From Enoplolaimus lenunculus (Eukaryota): a stretch of DNA of 64,000 nucleotides. The first letter of the stretch is position 1; every line of letters starts with the position of its first letter. Where the stretch lies: the NCBI GenBank assembly GCA_030248215.1, contig JASANG010000753.1, positions 1-64,000 of the forward strand. Direction: 5' to 3'. Below the pieces are notes generated by a model that did no database searches, had not been told where the DNA came from, and saw only the letters and a program-made list of their open reading frames with translations. Positions 1-11,900 of the stretch are shown here, one piece after another. The position numbers and the translations under genes are program-made.

Positions 1-1109
1 CCGTATGGCATCCGTACGGCGCTGTCTGGCATCCGTGCGGCGCCGTACGGCGACAGACAGCGTCGTTCGGGTGACAGACGGCACCTGCCGGTGTTAAAAA
101 TTAAAATGTGTTTGCGTATCCGTTAGAATGCAAACCAGACGCAATCACACAAATTGCTATAACTTGTAGTTTTAGGATTCGATGTCAAACAGTGGGAATT
201 TACCAAGGTTCTGTGGTTCAAAAGGAGCGCAAGACCTATTGCAAATCGAGTTAACACAACAAAAGGTCGTAATTTGGCGAAGAGGCGTGCATCTTACCAC
301 CCACAACTACCGTTCTTTTGACAGTATATGCAGTTTATACTAAAGGTTTTTTCCGAAAGTCAATTAAATATTAATAAAAGTTGTATTAATGTTTACGATA
401 TAAGACGTTTCTTTTATGTTCCCTAAAATATGTTGCAGACAATGATATTTCCTATTTTACTGGGCGTCAGGATTAGCTTCAAGGCAGGGCCGCAAATGTG
501 TGGAAAAGGCGAATACAGGAGGGCGCCAGAGTTATATGCTCGCTTTCTGGTAAAAATTATTCCGACACCATTGAAAAAATTCGGTAACGAAATTTGTTTC
601 AAATTTCTAGGTTATTTAAAGCATGTGTTAATGTGGCATTTATGCAACTTCTACAATATCATGCGTACGCTAGACTTTTGAGAGGACAGTGTGATGAACA
701 CTGATGCTAAAAACGTTTCAGTGTCCATTACCGGACCAGCATCAAAAGTCATCTGGTGTACGCATGATATTGTATGGAAGTTGCATTGGTGTTGGTCAAA
801 AAATTTTGGGATTGCATATATTTCTTTATCCGGTTCATTGTAAATGCTCAACTGAGTGCTGCCGCTGCGTTGGGTGTAGGCAGCTTTATTGAATCATGGG
901 TTCAATACGGTTGGATGTCGTAAAACTCAAAAACCCCCTATAGGTTGTGGTCTGCTCTGTTTTGGTTATTTTTACCTGTCATTATCATTAATGTCTCCCT
1001 GTTACCAGCGAGACAACCCTCCTAAAACTCACGTAATTAACCAGTTGACTGGAACCATAATATTAATACGAGAATAATTACTTTTTAGGTATACAGAATA
1101 TATTACAAA

Positions 1110-1287
1110 CAGTGGCGGATCCAGGATCTCAAAATGGGGGGTCCCAAAATTTCACAGGTAATAAACTTACTTTTGACCCACACACAAACCACGAACTATT
1201 GTCACAAAATTGCTATATAATTTTTGTCGAGATGCTGTTGGTGGGGGGGGGCCACGGCCGGGGTGGCCCCCCATGGATCCGCCATTG
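1110..1287. mobile_element. hAT-like MITE (CAGTGGCGGATCC termini)
   Basis: TIRs CAGTGGCGGATCCA / TGGATCCGCCATTG with perfect 8-bp TSD ATTACAAA; relatives near 2290-2584, 3054-3245, 7268-7505, 14053-14249. Confidence 0.7.
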
Positions 1288-1479
1288 ATTACAAAGTTTT
1301 GTATTTTGTTTTTATGCAACTTCCACAATATCATGTGTATACCAGGTAAACTGTATTGAGGTGATGGATGATGAACGCTAAAACCAAATAGTTTTAGTCG
1401 CAAACACGCTGAAAGCAAAAAAAACTTCAGTGTCCATCACACAACCCTCAAAAAGTTTTACCTGGTGTATGCATGACGC

Positions 1480-1676
1480 CAGTGCCGGAGCAGGCAGGGG
1501 TGGAGGCACCCCCCAAATTCCAGGGTGGGGCCCCCCAAACTCGCGAGCGAAACGAGCGAGAAGCCAGACGCATTTTAAAACTTAAGCGGTTTTTGTTTCA
1601 ACCGGTTAGGGTGGGGAGCCCCTTTAGGGGTGGGGATTCCTCAAAATGGTGGTATGGGGTAGCTGCTCCGGCCCTG
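1480..1676. mobile_element. hAT-like MITE inserted in another MITE
   Basis: CAGTGCCGGAGCAG...CTGCTCCGGCCCTG with perfect 8-bp TSD CATGACGC; second copy at 5061-5671. Confidence 0.72.
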
Positions 1677-3498
1677 CATGACGCTGTAGAAGGTGTTTCA
1701 ACAGGTTAGGGTAGGGAGCCTCTTTAGGGGTGGTGATCCCTCCAAATGGGGGGTATGGGGTAGCTGCTCCAACCCTGCAGGACGGTGTAGAAGCTAATAC
1801 ATTGCAGCATGCATGTTTACCTCGTTTTCGGTTTATGATGGTATAACTTCAACGAAAAAATGTTTGCGAGCGGAGCGAGCGAGAAAATTTTTTCTTAGAA
1901 GTTTACACCATCATAAAAACGAAAACGAGACTGAATGATCCATGAAATTGCAAATTTCGACTATAACCAAAAATTGCTGTAAAAGCTCGTTTTAAGTTGG
2001 GTATTTACTTTTTGCTTTTACCTGACCGTATTTTGCTGTCATATGAAACGGAGTCAACCGCTTTTTCAATTTAAAATGGTATAAAGTAGCTGTTATGTCG
2101 AGCGAGGGTAGCGAACAAGAAAATTTGTTAGACGAACAAAAGTCAGAAATTTAGCTATTTTAGCTTGGCATCTTGGGTATCAGAGGTGTACATTCCATCT
2201 ATATTATGACGTATACATTGTATTGTCAAATCTGTGTGGCACGTGTTGTAAGTTGGAGACAGGCGGTGCAAATTTTTAACCGTTGACACTAGCGGATCCA
2301 GAGGGGGGCGAGGGGCTTAGGCCCCATCAACAATTTTTTGTATGTTAAAATGATAAGGTCCCTACCTTACAATTTTATCCCTTCAGAAATTTTTTTGTAA
2401 AAAACACAATTTTTCCCGAGGAATTTTTTGTGATAAAATGGTAAGGTGCCAACCTTACAATTTTTCGCTCTCAGAAAATTTTTTGGTGATAAAATGATTA
2501 CGTCACCACCTTACAATTTTTACGTTTAATAACATTTGCCAGCCCGCCCCCCCCCCCCGTCAAAAGTTTTTGGATCCGCCTCTGACAGTTGACTGGTGAA
2601 ATAATCAAGCTCGTAGCCAGCTCAGCATCCTAGCGGCCTAAAATATTATGTAGAAAAAGTACGCTGAACTTTCACATGAACAACAAACTACTTTAAATCT
2701 TTTCTGGGGATGGCAGAATTTTTCTCAGTGGCACCGCTAGGTGAGCCCGAACGTTCGATTCTAGAGCTAACTTCGAGCCCAATCAACGCAGCTAGAACCG
2801 AAGCCTTCCAATTTCCCACTCAACCATATTTCTAAGGAGTTTCTCGAAATATTTTCGTCTGTCGTCAAAAATTGTCGGCATAAAAATTAGCAACGTTTTG
2901 TTTGCCCCTTCGCCAGAGGAAATCCGCTAGAATTGCTGTAATTGACTTTGAACTGGTAATTTGTCTTCCTTACGCAGTTTAAGTATGGTACTCAAATTTT
3001 TACCACACAACATGCGAGGCACCGTCATTCTATAAATGGCTACCCTCCGCGTTAGCGGCGGATCCAGAAATTTTTGACATCGGGGCGAGCGAGTAAAAGT
3101 TATCAAACACAATTGTTACTGTATGCTGCTATATATGTGCCAATTTTCTGTAGAGGGAATCTAGTAAGTAGAAACCTTATCATTTTATCACAAAAAATTT
3201 TTTTGAAGGGAGGGCGTACGGCCCCCCGTGTTTCCTTGGTCCTGCAATGAATTATCCATCCCATATAAGCAATGTTCTATCAGGTGAATTGGGTATAATG
3301 TAATTATAGGTCAATTTGTCATTTTTAACGGTTATTTTGGAATATAACCACGTTTTCACCGTGCCATAAATCTTAATTCTGCTAATGTTTATCTGGCCTG
3401 GGTTTGGACTTTTACGCTACAAAGTTCGACTCTAAATGATTAGCAGTGATTGTGATTAAAGCAGAGGCTTCTAACGTGAAAGCATAGTCTCAAATGTG

Positions 3499-3685
3499 GG
3501 CCCATGTAAAGATCAGGGGCGGGATGTTTTTCTGTGCGACTGCAATAAAATAAGCTTAAAGCTTTAGAATAATTTTTTGCTTGGCTGAGGCTTAGGATGA
3601 ATATACACATTCTTTTACGCTTAGGTTTTTGTCTTTGGCTTGAAACATGCTTATAACTGTTCCGCCCCTGTTTTTTACATTGGCC
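3499..3685 (+). mobile_element. Merlin-like MITE carrying degenerate TTAGGC repeats
   Basis: TIRs GGCCCATGTAAAG..CAGGGGCG / CGCCCCTG..TTTACATTGGCC; perfect 8-bp TSD CAAATGTG. Confidence 0.75.
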
Positions 3686-4060
3686 CAAATGTGTATATCA
3701 TCTATTACCAGTTAGCGATAGGTTTTCAAACTCATGAATTGATCATGTTGATGATGTCATAATTTGCACAGAAGTATATGTCCAATGAAATATCTTGAAC
3801 AATGTATTCAATTTCAAATCTTTTAGTGATTCGATAGTTAATATATGTTTGCCAACTGGTAATAAGTGCTACACACATTTAAGAATGCGAATACAAAGCC
3901 AAAAAATTATTTCCTGATGCTATAAATGAATCATGTTGACTTAAACACAAACAACTTTGGAAAATGGCGTGTACCTGCCTGACCAAATCAAAATTCTCGC
4001 TTCACATATGGACCAGGGAGTCTGAAATCTAGCGAAATTATCAAGTCAGGTCAGCTCATG

Positions 4061-4270
4061 CACTGCAAAAAATGGTGAGTCAATTTGACTCTCTCCGAAA
4101 TACGCTCTACGGGACTACACAAACTGAGTCAAATTCGACTTTGCCAGAGTCAAACGTGCGACTCAGTGAATCGAATTTGACTCTGCCGGAGTCGAATTTT
4201 GACTCAATCTGTATAGTCCCGTAGAGCCTATTTCGGATAGAGTCAATTTGACTCACTATTTTTTGCTGTG
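4061..4270. mobile_element. CACTG-terminated palindromic MITE (CMC/EnSpm-like ends) with GAGTC/GACTC internal palindromes
   Basis: CACTGCAAAAAATGGTGAGTCAA... inverted at the other end; other copies at 10414-10624, 11011-11232, 15813-16039, 34380-34594. Confidence 0.7.
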
Positions 4271-4492
4271 TGGTAGCGATGACCAAAAACGTAGTCTTCA
4301 GTCTGGGATGGTGCAAATGTCATGTAAAAGAAATTTTTCAACCCGACGAGTTAAGGTTATTTTAAAGCGAAGTTAGAAGCGTTTTCTATTGCCTCTTCGT
4401 ACACAATCTAATTAGGATAATTGACGTTTATGGACTAATTAGTAATTTCGGACACTATCCATTTAAAGGCACTTGTTAGTGATATTGACTCC

Positions 4493-4706
4493 AGCCCATG
4501 CAAAGATCAGGGGCGAAACGTTTTTCTGTGGGACTTGAATAGAGTAAGCTTAAGATTTAGACTAATCTTTTTGTTTACCTTAGGCTTGGGCTCAGGCTTA
4601 GGCTAGGAATAAACTCATTCTTACGCTTAGAATTAGGCTTATGTTATAGGTTTAGGCATAGGAGTACGCTTATAATACTGTTTCGCCCCTGTTCTTTACA
4701 TTGACC
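4493..4706 (+). mobile_element. Merlin-like TTAGGC MITE copy
   Basis: Same TIRs and internal sequence; near-TSD TTGACTCC/TAGACTCC. Confidence 0.7.
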
Positions 4707-5214
4707 TAGACTCCTATAGATTTACGCTCAAAATCCGGACCCTGGAATCTTATTAACTTCCCCATCCGATTCGGGTCGCTACGGTATTTGATACCTCGTG
4801 GACAAATTTTGGGTTGGAGAAATATTTAACGGCCGTTCGATCCAACTTGGTCCGACGCATCAAATAGTATTAATGATGCCTAAATTTTTTGATAAATAAA
4901 ATTTCACAAATTACTTATTTCAAAAATTCAAATTTGAATGTGAAATTATCAAAGCATAGCAGAAAGAGTTTAAATAAGCAAAAACTATCAAAATCCAACC
5001 TAGCAACCGCCAGTTATGATGGTGCAAAAGATTGGAAGTCACCCACACCAACTACGCCACCAGTGTCGGAGCAGGCACGTGTGGGGGCTTCCCCAAATTC
5101 CATGGTGGGGGATTCCAAACTCGCGAGCGAAGCGAGCAAGCAGCCGGACGCATTTTAAAACTTAAGCGGTTTTTGTTTCAACCGGTTAGGGTGGGGGCCC
5201 CTCAAATGGAGGTG

Positions 5215-5646
5215 CTGTAGTGATCCGAATAAGAGGGAGGGACTGATATTTATTTGGCCTCTCCAGAGGGTACCCCCCTTGTTATTCGGTTACGGACTGT
5301 TATTTATTTTTAACCCACGCTCCTACCGCCCTTCGTTGCTGATATATATCCGGTACAGCAATTATCCATTAAATTAAACGTTTATTTGTCCTGTGTCAAT
5401 AGCTTGAGCGATAATACAAGGTTATACTTGGGAATGTACTTTCAAAACTTAAGTACGCTTTAAAGTTTCGAACTCAAATTATATGGTTCTGCATTAATTT
5501 ATGCGCTACAATTAGGGTTAATTGGCATTTATGGACTCTAATAGGGTTTATGGACCCTATCCGCTTACGGAATCTTATTAGGGATACGGACTCCTATTGA
5601 TCCGGACTCAACACGGGGACGCCTCCTCTTATTCGGGTCAGTACAG
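5215..5646. mobile_element. Tc1/mariner-like MITE nested in a hAT-like MITE
   Basis: TIRs CTGTAGTGATCCGAATAAGAGG / CCTCTTATTCGGGTCAGTACAG. It sits at the TA site that is empty in the 1480-1676 copy. An inverted partial copy lies at ~14263-14607. Confidence 0.7.
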
Positions 5647-6333
5647 TATGTGGGTGGCTGCTCCGACCCTGAACACCACCAGAGCATTAAAGCAACAAGT
5701 CTTTTAACAGAATAATAAATCTTGTCGCGTGTTCATATCTGAATCATATTTTTTTTCGCTTGTGTCCGGAAACTGCCGGCTGAAACAAACATTTTCGCCC
5801 TTAAAACCCAATATCTGTAGCAGGACAGCCAAACAAAGTCGCGGATCCTGAAATATTTAACTGGAGATCGCACCTCTTTGTCACAAAAACCCTACGAACG
5901 AAACGAACCAAATGCCAAATGCAATTTTACCAACTAAATATTAATACACAATTTTGGTTTTGATCCCTGCTGAGGGGGTGCCATAGCTTGAGGGGTTCCC
6001 CCTTTGGAATCGCCAATGGCTCGTGCCAGAGAGAGCAACTTTTGAGTTTATTACGACTTTAAGCTGCTACATTAATGGTCGCTAGTCATGAAAGTTCACA
6101 GGTCTTACATTGGTTCACTTTTACCTGATGTAATCATGACAGAAATCGGGTAACGGTTAGGTTTATAGTTTTATCAAACACCAAGCAAGCTTTAATGGTT
6201 AAGAAATATACTTTAATTTAAAGCATAGAGTGTATGAAGAACAGTACGGATTGAGCATCGACTGAAGAATCTATAACTGTTGCGAGTTGAACGAAAATGC
6301 ACCCCTAAAAAGATAAAAATTATAAAAATATTT

Positions 6334-6542
6334 GACCCATGTCAAGATCAGGCGCGAAACGTTTTTTGTACGACTAGAATAGCGTAAGCTTAATCTTTAG
6401 ACTATTTTTTTGCTTGGCTTAGGCATAGGCTTAGGCTTATAGGCTTACGTTTAGGAATAAACTGATTCTTAGGCTTAGGCTTAGGCTTAGGGTTAGGAAT
6501 ATACTTGTAATACTGTTCAGTCCCTGTTCTTTTACATTGACA
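6334..6542 (+). mobile_element. Merlin-like TTAGGC MITE copy
   Basis: Same TIRs with an internal (TTAGGC)n run. Confidence 0.7.
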
Positions 6543-6739
6543 AACTATTTCAAAACGGCAAGAAGGGGGCGAGTTCAAGGGGGTTTATTGGGTGCTCATA
6601 CCCTTCGTTTTAAGCAAAAAAAGTTTTGTCAAATTTATAGTTAAGTTTATGGATCATAGTATTCCGTCATGGTGCTCTTTGCGGTTAATACCCACCCATA
6701 CGATCCTCAACGTCCTGTATAATCCTATCAAGCCGTTTG

Positions 6740-7242
6740 AGGTTGAACGAGACCATGTGCTGTTTGACCGATGCTCTGTTGAACCAACTTTAGTTTCCTG
6801 AAGGAATGGGCTACAGAGTCCTCACAAGGGAACGGTGGATGGCAGCCTTGGCATCGCATCCTGGTGTCCTTTATGTAGCCAAAATCCTATGAGTCTTAAA
6901 GATGTCGCACCCTTGCTTGAACAGAATTATTTGTTCGCAACTTGTTTATGCTTTCTCTTGCCATGTTAAAATATTCTTTGCAATTTACGGTCCTTAGCCA
7001 GATGTGGTATAACGATGGGCTCAGCCACACGCCATGGCAAAACTTTCGCCCGCGTACAAATGATTCAACCATAGTTGTGCTTGTAAGTCATCGAAAACCC
7101 TTGTATGGACTTATGAAACTGTTTAGCCACCCTTGCATGGTGAGCAAGTGAATACGGTCCTATGTATGTTTTGCGGATCTTAAGTTATAAACCCTTCCCA
7201 AGCGTTTTTGTTGATCCACCCTTGCAAATTGTATGTTCTCTC
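6740..7242 (-). pseudogene. Possible decayed non-LTR retrotransposon ORF2 C-terminal fragment
   Basis: A minus-strand frame with scattered stops ends in CQGC..EDSVAH, resembling the C-terminal zinc-knuckle region of LINE ORF2. No RT motif is visible. Confidence 0.3.
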
Positions 7243-8919
7243 TCAAATTGCATAATACTGCATCGTGAAGCGACGGATCCAAAAATTTCTGACGGGGGGC
7301 GAGATGACAAATGGTATGAAACGTAATTTGTACCCGTATGCTATATATGTGCGATTTTTAGTGAAAAATTTCAAAGTCAGGGACGTTATCATTTTATCAC
7401 AAAACATTTCTGAGGCTGATAAATTGTTCGATAATAGCCTTACCATTTCATCACAAAAAATTTATGATTGCTTGACGAGGTACACCCCCACCCCCCTCTA
7501 GATCAGCTAGCCTCCCTATGACCACAGCATTGAACTACCAACAGTATTATGTCTCTTTACCCCAAATGTAGTGATGTTCGTAAAATGTTCCATCATTTTA
7601 GTTGGACCAAAACTCAAAAGTGTAAGACTTTGTTTACATTTTCCAGTTCAAACCAAGACCGCACACTTCAATAATATGTGAGAAAACTCGACGTGACATC
7701 TTAAACTTTTAACTAAACCTGATAGGTTGAAATACTGGTTCAACCGTTGTCGTTTGACCTCGAACTCAAGCATAGTCCGGCCTTTTCAGGACCGCAACAG
7801 TTATGCGGGTGGCGAAAATTGGTCGTATTCCGGCCGGCAAACATCGTTGCCGTTAAACCTAAAATTTTCCGACAGATTTGACTCGAATTTTAAGATAGAA
7901 ACTATTTTCGTTGACTCTTTTTTCAATGCGATTTCTCGACTGACAATTATTAGTTGTATGGGGGGTTGCTGCTTTTATAATAAAGATACCCACTTTCAGC
8001 GGTGTTTATAGTTTCGCTTAAACCATCGAACTAAGCACCTGGCTTTAGTTTACTACGGCTTTTGCGAACGATCATTAGCATTGGCCAATTTAGTTCAATT
8101 ACTAATTGCTTGTCGCCTAAATTTTTTCGTTTAGAAATCTTTACTCTGCCACGAACTCGTGAGAATTACAGCTACAGCTTGCCAGATGTTTGCCTGAAAT
8201 GTTCAGCGTTTAACCCAATGAAAGATTTGGTTTTTGAAACAAAAAGCTTCGGCCACCGAACGCCAGTTTAGCAGGCACGAATGCTGAACCGAGGGTGCAA
8301 CAAAATTTCACAAAGGAGACGGTGACAATTTTGTTAACTTTATGGAATCGAAAGAAACATTTTCCGACAGGGGGAATGACACTATTCTCTGCGGAGGTCA
8401 TACCCATGTCTGTGTCCTGTGGGCTTGCAAATAACCTAGACACTTCACTATCATTTATTGAAATTAATTTTAACATAGGTACCTTGTTATTTTCCGCGCT
8501 GGTTGTTGTGAAACATAAGCTCTTGTGGAATGAATCATATTCTCAACTGTGTGGCGTATATTTCAAAGGTATAGTTGAACATTGTCGTTGAAAATTTTCA
8601 ATCCAATGTGAATTGAACTGTACAGGGTTTCAACGAACCTTGTCGACTGTTTTGCGCTGAAAGCTAAGGGTTAGGCTTAAGGTTAGGCACAGCCGGCTTA
8701 GGCGTACGCTTATGCCTTTTCCTAAAGCCTAAACTTGTAGAAAAAAAGTGCACTAACCCTGCTGAGTTGAAAGCACTCTGAGGGGCTTGAAAATAGCCCG
8801 TGGGTGCCTAAAATTACGTCAATTTTGGGCACACATAGCTACGCTCCCAAAAACCTGATATGTTCCAGAAAAATTAATATTAAAAATATATATTAATTAC
8901 ACTGAACTTTATCTATAAA

Positions 8920-11900
8920 ATGAATATTGTCTTTAGTGCTACCTGGTACTTCTCAGCGTTCAATTTATGCCTAACAATTGTGTATACAATGACAAATGCC
9001 GATTACCGTTCATTGGACACTGCAACAGTTTCACACGAGTCAGAGTCAATTTTAGATGAAAAATTAGCCCTTTTCAATTCAAAAATGCTTCGTCGAGAGC
9101 TAAACTCAGACTCGCGTTTGCTTCAATTGCCCGCTGAACAACGGCTGTTGTATCATCTGCTGGAACACTACGAAAAAGCCGTTCGGCCAGTTCGGAATCA
9201 TTCCCAAGCGGTTGTGGTGATGCTCGGGATGACACTGACGAATATTTTTGAAGTTGTAAGTGGGTCGGCGGCGGTGTCTGCGGTTAATTTTGATCCGGTT
9301 CAGTGGTGGATGCATAATTGTCCGATGCGGCAAAGGATACTTTTGCGTGTTTCGAAAATTTACAACTTTTTAAAGCATTGTTTTTTAGTAATTTTTTATA
9401 ATATCTTAAAATTGTTACTATGGACTCATTGTCAGGGTCGTAATTTTTTGGGGGGCGGGCGGCAAGGACGCTGGGTGACACGGATAAATCTTTTTGAAGT
9501 CGTACGTCGGTATAATCCGTATATTTTTGGCGGTCAGTGCAGTAAAATTCTAATGTGGGTGGCTATCAGGGTACAACCAGAGGTCTGCCTCCGGCTCCGG
9601 TAGAAAATCGGCCTCCGGCTCCGTTAGGATTTTTTCCGGAAGTTCCGGCAATTTCGGTAGTAGAATTTTGCACAATTTTGCTAATTTTATCTGTTTAGCG
9701 CGTTTCCATTGACTTTGTCACAATTTTCATGAATGAATTTCCGAAATTTTGCCATGAAATTAGGGTAAAACCAAACAACGTAACAACATATTGCAAATAT
9801 TGGCTAAAATTAACTAATTAACCATCATTTTTACTACCTAATTTCGCCTCACCTCAGACTCCGGCAAGTTTCGTTGACCTCGAGCTCCGGTTCCAGTATT
9901 TTTACCTCCGGTTGCGCCCCTGGTGGCTATATATAACCGCTTCTTAGTGTATATTTTAAAAACCTTAACATTAATACCCTGTATCCTTTAATTTAATACA
10001 TCCGACACAATTGGTGGTTCGACAATGCCGTGTATCAGGTTGCCCGCCCCCCAAATAGCCTTGGTCCATTTAGCAGTGTCGAATCATGAGTTTTGTTCAG
10101 AGTATTCCAAATAAACCGACCTTTCCGTGTTGAAATCCAACGCCAGGCCAACTTTTTGAGTTTCCTTTCAAGGCCGTCTCAGTATTTTTTGCGGACCGAG
10201 CGAGAGTGAACCGAAATCAAACAGTCACTAAGCCAGCAGCACCATTTGAATAATTTTGTTTCAGGATGAAAAAAATCAAGTGATTACAACGAATGTTTGG
10301 CTGGATCAGGTAAAGTCGCTACAAATAACCCCGAAATTATCGCGAAATCCTTAAACATTTACACGTTTTCAATTGAAAGAATTGTATTTTTTTAAAAATC
10401 AAGTAAATCCATACACTGCAGAAAACGGTGAGTCAAATTGACTCTCTTCAAAATAGGCTTTTCCTGACTACACAAACTGAGTCAAAATTCGACTCCGCCA
10501 GAGTCAAAGTCGACTCACTGAGTCGCACGTTTGACTCTGGCGGAGTCAAATTTTGACTCAGTTTCTGTAGTCAGGAAAAGCCTATTTTGGAGAGACTCAA
10601 TTTGACTCACCATTTTTTGCAGTGTGGTATAAAGCTTAAGATTTTAAGCTTTAAATTTTAATACCCAATATCACTTCATTTAGGACGTTCAGCAGACTGA
10701 TAGTTAATCCGGCATCTTATTCGCAACTATGCTATACCACCCATAATCCGTAGACATGACAAGAAATTTTACAAAAATTTAAATTCAGTATGTTCGAAAG
10801 TTTGGCCAATGTAGAACAGGAACTTAACTGTAGTATTAGCATATTGCTAAGCCTAAACCTAAGCTAAAGCCTAAACGTAAGAATGAGCTTATACTTTTAA
10901 GCCCAAGCCTACGCAAAACAATTGCCTAATGTTTAAACACGTAAAACAATTGCCTAATAGATTACTCTAGGGCGGACAATGTTTACAAAATGTGATCGAT
11001 AGCTGGTGTACACTGCAAAAAATGGTGAGTCAAATTGACTCTCTCTGAAATAGGCTTTTCCTGACTACACAAACTGGAGTCAAATTCAACTCCGCCAGAG
11101 TCAAACTCGACTCACTGAGCGACTCGGGTGAATCGAATTTGACTCTGGCGGAACCGAATTTGACTCAGTTTGTAAAGTTCGGAAATGCATTTTTCGGAGA
11201 GAGTCACTTTGACTCACCATTTTTTTGCAATGTACATTCAAGAATGAAGATTGCGTGTACACGGTGTAGAAGTTATGTTTTAGGAATGGAAAGACGATAT
11301 GATGTCTTGGGACCCGGACAATTTTGATGGCATTAAAAGTGTCCGAATCCCGTGTGACTTACTCTGGCTTCCTGATTTGTTACTTTATAACAAGTAAATT
11401 AATACTTTATTATAGAAGCCTAAAGTGTTGAAAAAGTGTGTTCCTAAGCCTAAACCTAAGCTAAGCAAAAGAATGTAATTTAGAATCTAAACATACTCTT
11501 TTACAGACCCACCAAAAACCTGAACGCCCCTAAACTGGTAATGTACGAAGGAAGTTAATTCGAGAGTCTGTACAGAGTACCTTAAATTATTGTTTGTCAG
11601 TTACCGGTGGTATATATCACTTGTAAAATACTATTTTCTGCCGTCTGCTATTGGCTAATCATTTTCCATGGGCAGGGCATTGCATGGGATTGTGATTCGG
11701 CAAGGCCACATCTATTTGTAGCTAAGTTTATATGCCGTAGCCCAAGCCGTAATTCAGCCCAATTCCGTATTGACCTAGTCCAGCGGGGAATTACGACTTC
11801 GGCTTACCCACGGCGTAATTCTCTTTCCCTGCTACAAGTGCACGCCTTGTGATCGGTTGCTACCTTAATGCCACTGTCAAATACTATTAGCTGATACGAA

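Noticed and set aside
8295..8591. 98-aa ORF as nAChR exon 1
   Set aside because: Non-ATG start, no clear signal peptide and only a weak donor; cannot be supported without cDNA.
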